A stretch of 64,000 bases of DNA, taken from NCBI GenBank assembly GCA_049799515.1, contig JBARIA010000143.1, positions 7,708 to 71,707 of the forward strand, written 5' to 3'. The position numbers were made by a program, and so were the translations under genes. This DNA is from Candidatus Dormiibacterota bacterium. GTDB taxonomy: Bacteria > Chloroflexota > Dormibacteria > Aeolococcales > Bog-877. Of this stretch, positions 40,003-49,975 are shown one piece after another (position 1 is the stretch's first letter; each line of letters opens with the position of its first letter). The notes below the pieces were generated by a model that worked only from the letters and a program-made list of their open reading frames with translations, was not told where the DNA came from and searched no databases.

Positions 40003-40566
40003 GTGAGCAACACACCAGATCAGCCGACGAGCCCCCAGCGTCCACTGACGAGCCTCCCAGTAGCCCCTCACGGACACCAGATCCAGGCGGCTCACCAGAC
40101 GGTGCTCCCTGCCGAGAACCCGCGGGCCGTCTCCTCCCTGGAGGAGATCCTTGGCCCGTCGGGCAATGCCCCCGGCGCGGATCGGATGGCCCCTCTTGGC
40201 CAGCTGTGCGGCCAGTTCCCCACGTTCCTCGATGGCTGGGCTCGGCTTGCGGAGGCCGCCTACTCCAGTGGGGACCCGGTCGCCAGCTATGCCTTCGCCA
40301 GGGTGGGGTATCACCGGGGCCTCGATCGGTTGCGCAAGAACGGCTGGGGAGGTACTGGCCAGGTGCACTGGTCCGAGCCCACCAATCGGGGTTTCCTGCG
40401 CAGCCTCTACCTGCTCATGCTGGCCGCGGCCGCCATCGGCGAGGAGGACGAGGCGTCCCGTTGCCACCAATTTCTGCTCGACCTGGACCCCGATGACGGT
40501 ATCGGAGCTAGCGGGCTGACCAGGCTGCCTCCCGGTGAACTGGTGGAGGCGACCGAGCTTCCCTAG
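40003..40566 (+). CDS. DUF3151-family protein
   Basis: 187 aa with the conserved YAFARVGYHRGLD.LR..GW core. Confidence 0.55.
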   Translation: MSNTPDQPTSPQRPLTSLPVAPHGHQIQAAHQTVLPAENPRAVSSLEEILGPSGNAPGADRMAPLGQLCGQFPTFLDGWARLAEAAYSSGDPVASYAFARVGYHRGLDRLRKNGWGGTGQVHWSEPTNRGFLRSLYLLMLAAAAIGEEDEASRCHQFLLDLDPDDGIGASGLTRLPPGELVEATELP

Positions 40567-41462
40567 GAAGGCGTCGGCGAGTCGTCCTCCGGAGGTGGAG
40601 CCAGCTTGCCGTCCTTGGGCACAGGTCCCTTGAATCCGGCCGCGGTCCGGTGGCCGCCGCCGCCGTAGCGGGCAGCGATCAGGCTGACGTCGACCCCGCC
40701 CGGGGTAGAGCGCAGAGACCAACGGGCCATGTCACCGCTGCCCTGCCACCACACGCCCGCGAAGGGATGGCCCGCGGCCAGTACGTCACCCAGCTCGCTC
40801 TGCAGGACCGCGCTGTTCACGGTTGGTACCACGGTTCCGAGGATCTCCACCATTGATGCGTGGGCGGCCACCCGCTCGACCATGCGACGCTGGTAGCGGA
40901 GCAGGGCACGACCCTCGACGCGCAGCTGCTCGACATCAATGGAATCCCATGTTTTGAAATCGAAGTCGTGCGCGCGAAGGGCGGCCGACACCTCCTCGCT
41001 TTCGGGCAGGTCGTGGCGCCAGAGATCCCGGTCCTGCACGTAGCGGAGCAGCGGCGGAACTGGTGACTCATGAAGATACTGCCAGGCCATCACCGCTCCG
41101 CTGCGATTCATGTCGAACACGCAGTAGGGGAGGTCGGCCAGCTCGCTGGCGGCGGATCGGTGATGGTCAAGGACGACCAGGCTGGCCGAGGACTCGGCTA
41201 GTTCCTCGGTGGTCCCCCGGTCGTAGGCGAAGTCCGCCATCAGCACGTGCCGCCCCTTGGTCTTGGGGGGCGGGTCGCCATGGTTGACGGGCACGTAGTC
41301 GGCACCGTCTCCATAGCGTTTCCAGGCGGCGAATGCGGCTCCAAACCCGTCGGGACAGTCGCCGTGATACACGACCAGCGGACGAGACTCCGAGCCGGTA
41401 GTAGCGTCGGTGCGCTCGGGTGCAGCCATAACCATTAAGGTACCCCTCTCTTCAGCAGTCAT
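40563..41462 (-). CDS. DHH-DHHA1 phosphoesterase (NrnA/CnpB-like nanoRNase / cyclic-dinucleotide phosphodiesterase family)
   Basis: DHH motifs (YHGDCPDG, LVVLDHH) and the DHHA1 GGGH motif (YGGGGHRTAAG). Four-nt gap to the upstream CHAP gene. Confidence 0.7.
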   Translation of the reverse strand: MTAEERGTLMVMAAPERTDATTGSESRPLVVYHGDCPDGFGAAFAAWKRYGDGADYVPVNHGDPPPKTKGRHVLMADFAYDRGTTEELAESSASLVVLDHHRSAASELADLPYCVFDMNRSGAVMAWQYLHESPVPPLLRYVQDRDLWRHDLPESEEVSAALRAHDFDFKTWDSIDVEQLRVEGRALLRYQRRMVERVAAHASMVEILGTVVPTVNSAVLQSELGDVLAAGHPFAGVWWQGSGDMARWSLRSTPGGVDVSLIAARYGGGGHRTAAGFKGPVPKDGKLAPPPEDDSPTPS

Positions 41463-41465
41463 CGG

Positions 41466-42614
41466 CTAGGGGTAGATGAACCCCAAGATTCCCTGCGTAT
41501 TGGGAACGGAACGCAGGTCCTCGTGGCCGGGGACGTAGTTCGCCTCTTCCACGTAAAACCCCTGGCCTGCCGGCCCAGTGCCAGTCTGGACGACCCACGC
41601 CACATGGCCGAGGTCGCTGTATGCGCCGCCGGGGCGAAATACCACCATGGAACCCACTTCCGGGGTCATCCCCTCGGGGTAAGGGTCGAGCATGCTCGCA
41701 TTACCAGAGATCCAGCCGTCGGCGTTCGCCGACCAGCCGACATACGCCTCCGAAGCCACGAACCAGGTGCACTGTCCTGGTGGGTAGTTGTCCGGTGCCG
41801 AGCCAAAGTTCGGGTAATCGGGATCCGAATAGACTTGGAGGATCGTTCCGCCTGCCCCGAGGGATCCGCCCCCTTCGGAGACCGCCTCCTCCTCCTGCAA
41901 GTTCTGGATCTGGCTCGACAAGCTCTGGATTTGCGCCGAGATCTGGGCTGCCTGTCCGCTGAGGCTGCTCTGCTCGGAGCTGTAAGTGTCCTCCGCTGAC
42001 TGCAGCTGATTGCTCTGGCTCTGCAGTCCGCTGACCAAGACCGCAACCGCTTGCTCCTGAGCCTGCTGCTGGGCTTGTAGCTTCTTCAGAGTGTTCGCGT
42101 CACTGATCAACTGCTTGGTGAGTGAGTCAAACTGCTGCCGCACCGTCTGAAGGTCTACCGTGTCGTCCACCAACTTGGAGATATTGGAGCTATTGGCGAT
42201 CGCCGCAGCTAGAGAGTTGCTGGAATCCCTCTGGTAGAGGGTCGTGACCAACGCGGCCAGCTCGGTTCGATCACGGGCCATCTGTGCTTCGGTGGTTGTC
42301 AATTGATTGGTTGTCGCGGTGAGTTGAGCGTTCGCAACGCTCAGGGCGATTTGCTCCTGAGAAAGCTTCTGCTGGATCGCGGTTATCTGGATCTCCGTGG
42401 TGGCGGCCTGCTGCCCAGCTGATGCAGCCTGGCCCTCGAGGGTTTGGAGTTGGCTGATCAAAGCGTTCTGCTCTGCTTGAAGCGCTGAGATCTCGGACCC
42501 ATAGCTGGCAGCCGCCGGACCAGTTGTTAAAAGCGATGCCGCCATGGCGGCAATTCCGAACACACCCAACTGGGCGGCGGCGCGTAGTACTCGCTTAGTT
42601 CGGAATTGAGACAT
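41466..42614 (-). CDS. Secreted coiled-coil protein with C-terminal CHAP amidase/peptidase domain (PcsB/RipC-like architecture)
   Basis: Signal/anchor, about 230 aa Q-rich coiled coil, and a CHAP domain with Cys (PGQCTWFV) and His (GHVAWV). Confidence 0.7.
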   Translation of the reverse strand: MSQFRTKRVLRAAAQLGVFGIAAMAASLLTTGPAAASYGSEISALQAEQNALISQLQTLEGQAASAGQQAATTEIQITAIQQKLSQEQIALSVANAQLTATTNQLTTTEAQMARDRTELAALVTTLYQRDSSNSLAAAIANSSNISKLVDDTVDLQTVRQQFDSLTKQLISDANTLKKLQAQQQAQEQAVAVLVSGLQSQSNQLQSAEDTYSSEQSSLSGQAAQISAQIQSLSSQIQNLQEEEAVSEGGGSLGAGGTILQVYSDPDYPNFGSAPDNYPPGQCTWFVASEAYVGWSANADGWISGNASMLDPYPEGMTPEVGSMVVFRPGGAYSDLGHVAWVVQTGTGPAGQGFYVEEANYVPGHEDLRSVPNTQGILGFIYP

Positions 42615-42853
42615 AGGCTGGAACGTGAGATGTGATTGTCTCGGCCTCTGACTCTAACAGCGATCACGGTGGCCTGCAAGTTCAGTGACAAGTTCGTACT
42701 GCGGTCAGGGCCAGTACCGCCGCCTCCCGCAGGGTCAGGCCGTCGGGTGGCCGGATCGATCGCTCGGCTTTAGGCCGCGATCCCGAAGACGACGGCTCCC
42801 AGCCCGACGAGCTAGCGCGCGAAGATAAGTCGGGGCCGGGGAAGTGCGCTACT

Positions 42854-43381
42854 TCATGCCTCGCGGTCGGTGGTCATCGCAGCTGACCGCCCCACCAGCT
42901 TGGGGAAGTAGCCGCGCAGGATCAGGACCCCACTGCGGCTGACCACCTCCACCAGGGCCATCACGATCAAGCAGGGCGCCCAAGCACCGATGGTCAGGTG
43001 GTGAGAGGCGCTGAACTGGGCGATGCCGGGCCCTCCGCCGTTCTGGGCATAGAGGGCGAAGGCCAGCCGGGCGCTGACCCCCAGGACCCAGAAGATGACC
43101 GCCAGCCAGGTGGCCTTGACGAAGGGCACCCCACCGGGGCCCGGGTAGACCCTGGTGAAGACGGCGCACAGGGTCCCCAGCGCCAGGCCCACAACCGCTC
43201 CCAGCACAACCAGGATCAGGTCATTTCCGCTGGTAGGGATGCCGTGGAGGTAGCTGACCGCGGCCACCGCGACCAGTAGCAGCGGGAGGTAGAGGGTGAG
43301 CCCGGCCAGGCGACGTCCCCGGATCTGCTGGAAGACGAGCAGGATGAGTACCGCACTGAGCAGGTAGTCGGTAATGGACAT
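42854..43381 (-). CDS. Small polytopic membrane protein (DUF1453/CcdC-like)
   Basis: 175 aa with four or five TM helices. Family assignment is tentative. Confidence 0.45.
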   Translation of the reverse strand: MSITDYLLSAVLILLVFQQIRGRRLAGLTLYLPLLLVAVAAVSYLHGIPTSGNDLILVVLGAVVGLALGTLCAVFTRVYPGPGGVPFVKATWLAVIFWVLGVSARLAFALYAQNGGGPGIAQFSASHHLTIGAWAPCLIVMALVEVVSRSGVLILRGYFPKLVGRSAAMTTDREA

Positions 43382-43428
43382 GGCTTAACTTTGCCGGAAC
43401 GGGTGGGTGGAGGTCGACCATCCAGCGA

Positions 43429-45150
43429 TTGAGTTCCGGGTCGACTCTTCTCCACCCCGCCAGATCGTCGGATCAGGGGCAAAACACCGCGGCCGATCGA
43501 GACGAGCCTGTGGCAGTTCCGTTCACCAGAAATGAATTGCTGGAAGCAGAATCGGACTACCAGGTGAATACGAGACGGAATTCCGCTGCCGCCGCTCTGT
43601 CGGGACTTGGTTCCGCAGTGGAGAGCGTCCGCGCCCCGGTTCTGCTCTCTGGCGATAGGGTTCGCCTGCTCCGGCGGTCGCTTCCATTCATGGCACTGGC
43701 GGTGATCGCGGACCTCAGTGCCGCGCTCCCTTCGGGACCCAAGCAACCGTTCCCGTTCATCATCGGCACAATCCTGCTTGGCGTGGTCTGCGCCGCCAAC
43801 TTCCTCGAATGGCGAAGCTATCCCCGATGGGCCGCGATTCTCCCGGCCCTCCTCTACGTCGTCTCGGCGATGCTGATCATCGTCTCGGTCGGCACCATGC
43901 AGACCGGGATGGTGCCGGTCTTCCTGGTGCCGGTGCTCTGGACCGCGCTCTACCAGCGCAAGTGGCAGTCCGTCGTGGTCGTCACCGCGTGCATCCTGGC
44001 CATAGTCGGACTCTCCCTGGGGGAGCACGAGCAGTTCATGACCATGGTTCGGCGCGCGGCCTTCTGGGGGGCCGCCAGCATCGTCCTGACCGTGGCAACC
44101 CATGGGCTGCGCGACCGTCTTCACCGGGCACTCGCCGAGCGTGAGGAGTCGCTGCGCCAAGCGGACGGCCTGAGCCAGGCGGCCCAACACCTCACCTCCT
44201 TGCTCCAGCCCGACGCGGTGCTTTCCGAGGCCTGTTTGCTTGCAGCAGTGATGGTCTCGCCGCCCGGCGTACTGGCCCGACGGGCCAAGTACTTCCGAAT
44301 CGACAGGGACACCGCGACGGGGGAGTGGGAATTCGACGAGACCGAGAATCGCTCCTCATCAACCTATCCACTTGCCGAACACCCCTACCTCACCAAGGTG
44401 GCGCGGACCCTGGAGCCAGCCTGCGGCGCCTATGACCTGGACGCGGTTGGCCCCACCCTGCGAGCGAATCTGCTCAGCACCGGCACCACCCACGGCGCCT
44501 GGATTCCCATTGCTCCCAACGGCGTGTTGCACGGGGTGCTGACGGTCTCAGCCAGAGGCATGGCCATCTCCGATGAACTCTTCTCCCGAGCCATCTCTCT
44601 AGGCCACATCGTGGAGCTGGCGCTGTCCAATGCCCTGGCCCTGCAGCTGAGCAGGCGGGAGGCGGCGACCGACCCCCTGACCGGGCTTGCCAACCGCCGT
44701 GGCTTCGAGGTTGAGGTGGCCCAGGTAAGGGGTCGTCGCCCATTCGCTGTTCTGGCCCTAGATGTCGATGGGCTGAAGTCGGTCAACGACAGCTTTGGCC
44801 ACGCCACCGGCGATTCCCTGCTGGTCTGCATCGCCCAGGCCGCGACCAGAGTCATGCGACAGGGCGACCTGGTGGCTCGCACCGGCGGTGACGAATTCGC
44901 CGCGTTTCTGTTGGATGCCAGCGAGGAGGGCGCCAGCCGTGCAGCGGAGCGGATCCTGGCAGCTCTGCAGCAGACCAAGGTCGATGGGGTGGTCCCGTCG
45001 GTGAGCATTGGAGTCGGCTGTGGCTCTCCGGATGCCGAGATCATGGATGTGCTGCGGGAAGCCGATGCCGCGATGTACGTGGCCAAGCGCCAGGGAGGCA
45101 ACTCCTACGTCCTCGCCGAGTCTGCCCTGGTGGAACAGCAGGCTGGGTGA
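43429..45150 (+). CDS. Diguanylate cyclase (GGDEF) with N-terminal multi-TM sensor region
   Basis: Six TM helices, then GGDEF (RREAATDPLTGLANRRGF...ARTGGDEFAAFL, A-site). Start is uncertain. Confidence 0.8.
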   Translation: MSSGSTLLHPARSSDQGQNTAADRDEPVAVPFTRNELLEAESDYQVNTRRNSAAAALSGLGSAVESVRAPVLLSGDRVRLLRRSLPFMALAVIADLSAALPSGPKQPFPFIIGTILLGVVCAANFLEWRSYPRWAAILPALLYVVSAMLIIVSVGTMQTGMVPVFLVPVLWTALYQRKWQSVVVVTACILAIVGLSLGEHEQFMTMVRRAAFWGAASIVLTVATHGLRDRLHRALAEREESLRQADGLSQAAQHLTSLLQPDAVLSEACLLAAVMVSPPGVLARRAKYFRIDRDTATGEWEFDETENRSSSTYPLAEHPYLTKVARTLEPACGAYDLDAVGPTLRANLLSTGTTHGAWIPIAPNGVLHGVLTVSARGMAISDELFSRAISLGHIVELALSNALALQLSRREAATDPLTGLANRRGFEVEVAQVRGRRPFAVLALDVDGLKSVNDSFGHATGDSLLVCIAQAATRVMRQGDLVARTGGDEFAAFLLDASEEGASRAAERILAALQQTKVDGVVPSVSIGVGCGSPDAEIMDVLREADAAMYVAKRQGGNSYVLAESALVEQQAG

Positions 45151-45174
45151 GCTCCCGGCCGACCGGCTGAATCC

Positions 45175-46404
45175 CTAGCCGCCCTTCTCGATGCCCTTCT
45201 TGGGGGCGCTGGTCGGCTTCTCGGGTAGTTCAGGAGAGGCTGGGGTGCGCTTGGCGGTGGCCCGATGAGCGCGGCGCTGCTGAGTTACCTGGAGCAGGTT
45301 CGCCAGTTCCTCCTTGGGGGCTCGGTGAGGCGGTCGCACCGGGACCAGTGAGGACTCCAGGCGGCCCTTGCGAGTCCCTGACCAGGGCCCGGGCGGGGCA
45401 TCGACGAGGGTGGCCAGGTGGTAAGCAGGGCTCTCATAGTTCACCCGCCAGCCCCGAAAGTGGGGCCAGGCCTCCTCGGCGGTACGCTCGGCCTCCCAGC
45501 CGACCTTCAACACCCGGTTCACTCCGTACTGGAACTCCTCGAAGGTGAGCTCAATCGGATCGTCGGGACGGGGATCCGCCTTGACAGTGAACCCGGTGAC
45601 CCGGGACAGGGAGCGCAGGCAGACCACTCCCATCCGGAGGAACGGTCGGGCCGAGGCAGGGGCGGTCAGTGGGTTGAGAGACAGGTGCATGGCCGCCGCG
45701 TCCATGCAGGCCAACAGCGCCAGAGTCCAGGAGGTCCTGGGCTCGGGGGAGCGGAAGTAGAGCAGGGTGGTGTAGCTGGTGTGGCTCTCGGCGATATCAG
45801 CGGCCCACTGCTCCCAGCTTCGGTAAAGCTCGGCCAAGTGGTCGAGGTTGTCGATCATGGCATGGCGGGCCAGGATCTCAGGGCCCCAGGGCGGCGAGCC
45901 GCTGCTGCTGTCGAGCATGGTCACCAGGGTTTCGCGTTTGTTGAAGGAGCTGTACAGAGTGGGGAGGTAGGAGATCTGGAGGGCGACCACGATCACTCCG
46001 GATGCCGTCTCGACGAAGGCGATCGCCGTATCAAGGCCGGTTTCCGCCCGGGCGATTCCCAGCGGCAGGATCGAGGAGGCGCTGAGCCGGATCGCCTCCG
46101 CGTAGTCGCCGACACCGCTTCCCCAGAACAGCAGGCTGAAGCCGGCCACCAGCAGACCGATCCAGACCACCAGCCGCAGGACCAAGAAGAGGGGAGCTCC
46201 CTGGGCCAGGATCCCGTCCCTTGCCATGTAGTCGGACCTGGTCCGAGCCACGAAGACGGCCGCCCCCTGCACTGCGGCAGCGACGACCGTGGAGAGCCGC
46301 GAGGAGACCGCTCGCGGCACGATGACTGTCCGAATCACGCTGCCCAGGGTCCCCAGCGTCAGGAAGAGCCCAACCAGAACGCTGAGGAGGCGGAGCACAA
46401 TCAT
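45175..46404 (-). CDS. Hypothetical membrane protein (N-terminal TM region, C-terminal soluble domain)
   Basis: 409 aa. The N-terminal 170 aa contain four TM helices including a re-entrant-looking segment (ARAETGLDTAIAFVETASGVIVVAL). No confident family. Confidence 0.45.
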   Translation of the reverse strand: MIVLRLLSVLVGLFLTLGTLGSVIRTVIVPRAVSSRLSTVVAAAVQGAAVFVARTRSDYMARDGILAQGAPLFLVLRLVVWIGLLVAGFSLLFWGSGVGDYAEAIRLSASSILPLGIARAETGLDTAIAFVETASGVIVVALQISYLPTLYSSFNKRETLVTMLDSSSGSPPWGPEILARHAMIDNLDHLAELYRSWEQWAADIAESHTSYTTLLYFRSPEPRTSWTLALLACMDAAAMHLSLNPLTAPASARPFLRMGVVCLRSLSRVTGFTVKADPRPDDPIELTFEEFQYGVNRVLKVGWEAERTAEEAWPHFRGWRVNYESPAYHLATLVDAPPGPWSGTRKGRLESSLVPVRPPHRAPKEELANLLQVTQQRRAHRATAKRTPASPELPEKPTSAPKKGIEKGG

Positions 46405-47063
46405 CGCCTCCCCTTCTAGCAGATCGCTCCGCTCGCCGGAGCCGGAGGTGGGGAGTGGCCCAGGTCCGCGCGGCAGGGGAATGAGCTAAGGGGCGATCCG
46501 TCCGGCGTTCGGACCCGGCACGGCCGTAGCGGCTACTTCTGCCGGCGCTCAGCTACAGATGAGGACGGTTGGGCGGCGCCGGCAACCGGGGCAGCTCTTT
46601 GGGAGCCTTCCTAGAGTTGGCCTCCAGGGCCGCGCCGGTGAGCCGCAGTACCGGCCCCAGCCAGCTGGCCCGCCGCCTCCCGGGTCGCCCGGCGGAGAGA
46701 GTCGCCGCCGCTGGCATCACCCAGCGGGTGCTGACCACCCGAACCCGCCAGCGTCCCAGGGTCCTCTTGACCATCTCAACCTCGGTGTGCTCGACGGCCG
46801 CCCTGGCTGGCTCGGACGGGGCGAAGGCGGTCACGGTCCGATGGCGACCCTGGCTCCACCACCACCAGCCGAGCCGAGCTGCCACCGGCGCTGCCGCCAG
46901 TAGGACGGTGGCCACACGGGCTCGAGTGACCGGGCGGTGGGTGGGGCTCACCAGCTCCGCGACCAGGGGACGGCCGGGTGCGTTCTTCAACCTGGTGAGA
47001 TGGTACCGATCGGGATGTGGCAGCGGACCCTGCAGTGAGCGTCCCCGGGGAAGCTGAGCGGGC

Positions 47064-47969
47064 TTAGCCGGGAGCTGGATCCGAGTCGGGCTGCGCCGTC
47101 ACCGGAGCCTCCATCTGCTCCAGGGCGGTGACCACCTCCCTGGTCAGACCTGTGGGGGTGGAGGCGCCGGCCGTCACCCCCACGCGATTGCAGCCGACGA
47201 ACCACTCCGACTTGAGGTCGGCGACGGTGTCCACCAGGTAGGCGGGCCGATGGGCCAGTTCGTGGACCACCTGCACCAGCCGCTGGCTGTTGCTGCTCCG
47301 GGAACTGCCGACAACGATCACCACGTCGCAGTCCTTGGCGGCCTCGACCGCCGCCTGCTGCCGGTCCTGAGTCGCGCTGCAGATCTCGTTGTGAACCTCG
47401 ATGTGTGGGAAGCGCTCCCGCAGTCGATCGATGATCGACTGGGTGTCCCACACCGATAGGGTGGTCTGGGTGGTGACCGCCAGCTTCGGAGCCGAGAGCT
47501 CCAGGGTGTCGACGTCCGCCAGGGACTGGACCAAGTGGATCTTGTCGGGAGCCTCGCCGAGCACCCCCTCAGGCTCCGGGTGGCCCGCTTTGCCGATGTA
47601 GATGACGGTGTATCCCTCGCCGGTCAGCCGCTGGACCAGGTCGTGAGTGCGAACCACGTCGCTGCAGGTGGCGTCGACCACGTTGAGCCCTTTGGCCCGG
47701 GCCCGATCCTTGACCTCGGGGGATACCCCGTGGGCGGTCAGCACCACCGTCCCCTCGGTCACCTCCTCCAGCGCCTCCAGACGGGAGGGGGCGTCGATCA
47801 GTCTCACACCCCGCTCGGCGAACTCCCGGGTCACGTGCTCGTTGTGGACCAGATAGCCGAGCATCGCTACCGACTCGCCCTGGTGCTCATCGGCAGCCTG
47901 TCGGAGAGCTCGGACCGCTTCGACCACCCCATGGCAGTACCCGCGGGGTCGGATCTTGACTACTTCCAC
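47064..47969 (-). CDS. ispH: 4-hydroxy-3-methylbut-2-enyl diphosphate reductase
   Basis: Three conserved Cys contexts (PRGYCHGV, VVDATCSDV, NEICSATQDRQ) and the HGVS.EV motif. Confidence 0.9.
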   Translation of the reverse strand: MEVVKIRPRGYCHGVVEAVRALRQAADEHQGESVAMLGYLVHNEHVTREFAERGVRLIDAPSRLEALEEVTEGTVVLTAHGVSPEVKDRARAKGLNVVDATCSDVVRTHDLVQRLTGEGYTVIYIGKAGHPEPEGVLGEAPDKIHLVQSLADVDTLELSAPKLAVTTQTTLSVWDTQSIIDRLRERFPHIEVHNEICSATQDRQQAAVEAAKDCDVVIVVGSSRSSNSQRLVQVVHELAHRPAYLVDTVADLKSEWFVGCNRVGVTAGASTPTGLTREVVTALEQMEAPVTAQPDSDPAPG

Positions 47970-48033
47970 GCCTCGATCGTAGCAGTCACTGCGGAGAAGC
48001 TCGATCTCAAACGGGCTCCCGGCACTCCCGCCG

Positions 48034-48414
48034 CTAGCGGTCTCGGAACGGCTCGGCGAGCCCGCGCTCAGACCGGACCAGCCTGGGCCAGCGGAGCCTG
48101 CGTTCCTCCTCGCCAGCCCGTTCCACCTCAGCTGGCGCCCTCCCGGCCGATCGTGACCGGGACCTTGAAGGGTGCGGCTCGTCCCCGGGCTCGGACCGGT
48201 TCAGGTTGCGGCGGACCGTGGTAGGTCTTCGGGACGCTTCGACCACCGTCTCCAGCCAGGCCCAAGCGCGATAGGCGGAATATCCCGCCAGCCCCAAGAG
48301 GGTGATCGAACCGACCCCGTTGAGGAGTCCGGCCAGCGGGGGGAGAACGATCGAGACTGCGGCGCAGGCCCCGACCAGCGCCAGCGCCGACTTGATCCGA
48401 CCCTTGCCCATCAC
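48034..48414 (-). CDS. Hypothetical small membrane protein
   Basis: Two TM helices then an Arg/Glu-rich tail. Weak. Confidence 0.3.
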   Translation of the reverse strand: MMGKGRIKSALALVGACAAVSIVLPPLAGLLNGVGSITLLGLAGYSAYRAWAWLETVVEASRRPTTVRRNLNRSEPGDEPHPSRSRSRSAGRAPAEVERAGEEERRLRWPRLVRSERGLAEPFRDR

Positions 48415-48467
48415 CTGATAGATGTCCGTCTCTTCGGCCTAAGTGGGCCGGGTACGATCCCGAGCAG

Positions 48468-49064
48468 ATGTCCACTAACCTGGTGACCGGCTCCGGCCAC
48501 GGCCCGCACGGACACAGGACCTGGCTCCACCTGCTCTCCGAGGATCCGGCGTTTGTCCCAGGACCGGAGCAGGTGGATGGCACTGCCCAACTGTTGGTGG
48601 AGTGCGGTCTGGCGACCCGGGGCTCCGACCCGGACATTCTCCTGCCCGGTCCCGCCTTCGCCCGACTGCTGCTGGCCCCAGGCAGGCTCCCGATGGCCGG
48701 GCCCGTTCGCGGCGAGGTTCGACTCGCGGTAGGAGTGCTCCGCTGTTATCCGGACCCCGGGCCCGATGGCTTCGACACCGAACCGCTCCAGAGCTACCTG
48801 GCCGACTGCCCCACCTGCGGGGTCCAACTGGAGTTCTTTCGGCTGCGCTTCCCTGACCCCGACCCCATGCGGGCCGCCTGCCCCAGCTGCGCCCGGGACT
48901 TTGACATCTCCACCCTTCTCTGGTCTCCCCGGCTGCCGGTGGCTCGGGCCGAGCTGACCTTCGGTGATCTGGAGGGTCGACCCTCCTTGCGGGGGACTGG
49001 CTTCTTCGGTCAGCTCGAGCAGCTCTGGGAAACTTCGCTCTTCGAGGTCTATGTCACTCTCTGA
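48468..49064 (+). CDS. Hypothetical protein with CxxC...CxxC zinc-ribbon
   Basis: 198 aa: CPTCGVQLEFF...CPSCARDFDI. Convergent with the VirB6-like gene. Confidence 0.4.
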   Translation: MSTNLVTGSGHGPHGHRTWLHLLSEDPAFVPGPEQVDGTAQLLVECGLATRGSDPDILLPGPAFARLLLAPGRLPMAGPVRGEVRLAVGVLRCYPDPGPDGFDTEPLQSYLADCPTCGVQLEFFRLRFPDPDPMRAACPSCARDFDISTLLWSPRLPVARAELTFGDLEGRPSLRGTGFFGQLEQLWETSLFEVYVTL

Positions 49065-49069
49065 GGCGC

Positions 49070-49972
49070 TCACAGCTCCGTCGCCGCCAGCCGCCGAGCC
49101 GCCCTGGTCCAGCGCCGCCCCGCCCCCTCGGCGCTGGACCCGTAGTGCGACGCAACATTCAAAGCGCCGGGAACCCGGAGCATCAGGTAGAGCGCGGCGA
49201 ACGCGTAGAGGATGCCGATCACTCCGTGACCATGCGTAAACGCCAACTCGATGGCGCTCCGCAAGACCAGCAGCTGCACGAACTGCATGAAGAGAGTGAT
49301 CACCAAAAGCCGCAGCCACTGCCGCGAAAACGCTCTGGTCTCGGGTAGGATCCAGGCGATCGCGGCCAGTGGTGCGGCGGCGCAGAGAACTGCCAACAAG
49401 GTATAGCGGACGACGTAGGCGAGCACAAGAATGACTACGGCGATGACCAGCGCTGCTGCAAACAACAGCAGGAAAATGTTGGTGGAAGCGGACTGCAGCG
49501 CGGAACCACTGAGCGGTGTATCCCAGGGCAGCTGGGCCAGACTGACACTGCCCCCACCCGCGACGACCGCACTCAGCGCGTTGTTGAGGTTGACGGCCTG
49601 CTGAAGCAACGGTAGAGATACCACCCCCAAGGCCAGCCCCACCAACACCCGAGGAAGAACCACTTGCAGGTGATGGCGAGCATCGCCCGCGCTGACCACT
49701 GTCCGCAGTGAGCTGTAGATGAAGACCGCCACCAGCAGAGCCCCGGCAGCACCTAGTAGGAGGTGATTCAGTTGGGCCACACCTGGCGTATCGGTGAAAG
49801 GTTGGTGTCGGAGTGGGGCCGCGGCGTCGTAGGTGCCCAAGAGGTAGGTCCGGAGCGCCGCATCGAGAGCCTTCCGCGAGGAACTCACGAACGAAGTCAG
49901 GGTGCCGCTGATCAGATGGTCGAGCAGGGAGAGTGGATGAAGGTCGAAACTCGGGAAGGTCAGTGCGGCCAA
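49070..49972 (-). CDS. Polytopic membrane protein, VirB6/TrbL-like candidate
   Basis: 300 aa with at least six TM helices and an Ala/Leu-rich N-terminal periplasmic stretch. Terminal gene of the array containing the VirB4-like ATPase. Family assignment is by architecture and context only. Confidence 0.45.
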   Translation of the reverse strand: MAALTFPSFDLHPLSLLDHLISGTLTSFVSSSRKALDAALRTYLLGTYDAAAPLRHQPFTDTPGVAQLNHLLLGAAGALLVAVFIYSSLRTVVSAGDARHHLQVVLPRVLVGLALGVVSLPLLQQAVNLNNALSAVVAGGGSVSLAQLPWDTPLSGSALQSASTNIFLLLFAAALVIAVVILVLAYVVRYTLLAVLCAAAPLAAIAWILPETRAFSRQWLRLLVITLFMQFVQLLVLRSAIELAFTHGHGVIGILYAFAALYLMLRVPGALNVASHYGSSAEGAGRRWTRAARRLAATEL

Positions 49973-49975
49973 GTC

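Noticed and set aside
45418-46419. 333-aa plus-strand ORF antisense to the 409-aa membrane protein gene
   Set aside because: Gly/Asp/Arg low-complexity; the minus-strand product has a coherent TM-helix pattern.
46405-47063. Overlapping ORFs on both strands downstream of ispH (including a 145-aa minus-strand ORF with a WWWW hydrophobic stretch)
   Set aside because: Mutually overlapping, Arg/Pro-rich, no RBS or motif. This is possibly a genuine non-coding spacer or a decayed gene, and is left unannotated.
48411-49319. 302-aa minus-strand ORF overlapping the zinc-ribbon protein gene
   Set aside because: Low-complexity; conflicts with a plus-strand ORF that has a CxxC...CxxC motif and with the well-delimited downstream membrane protein gene.
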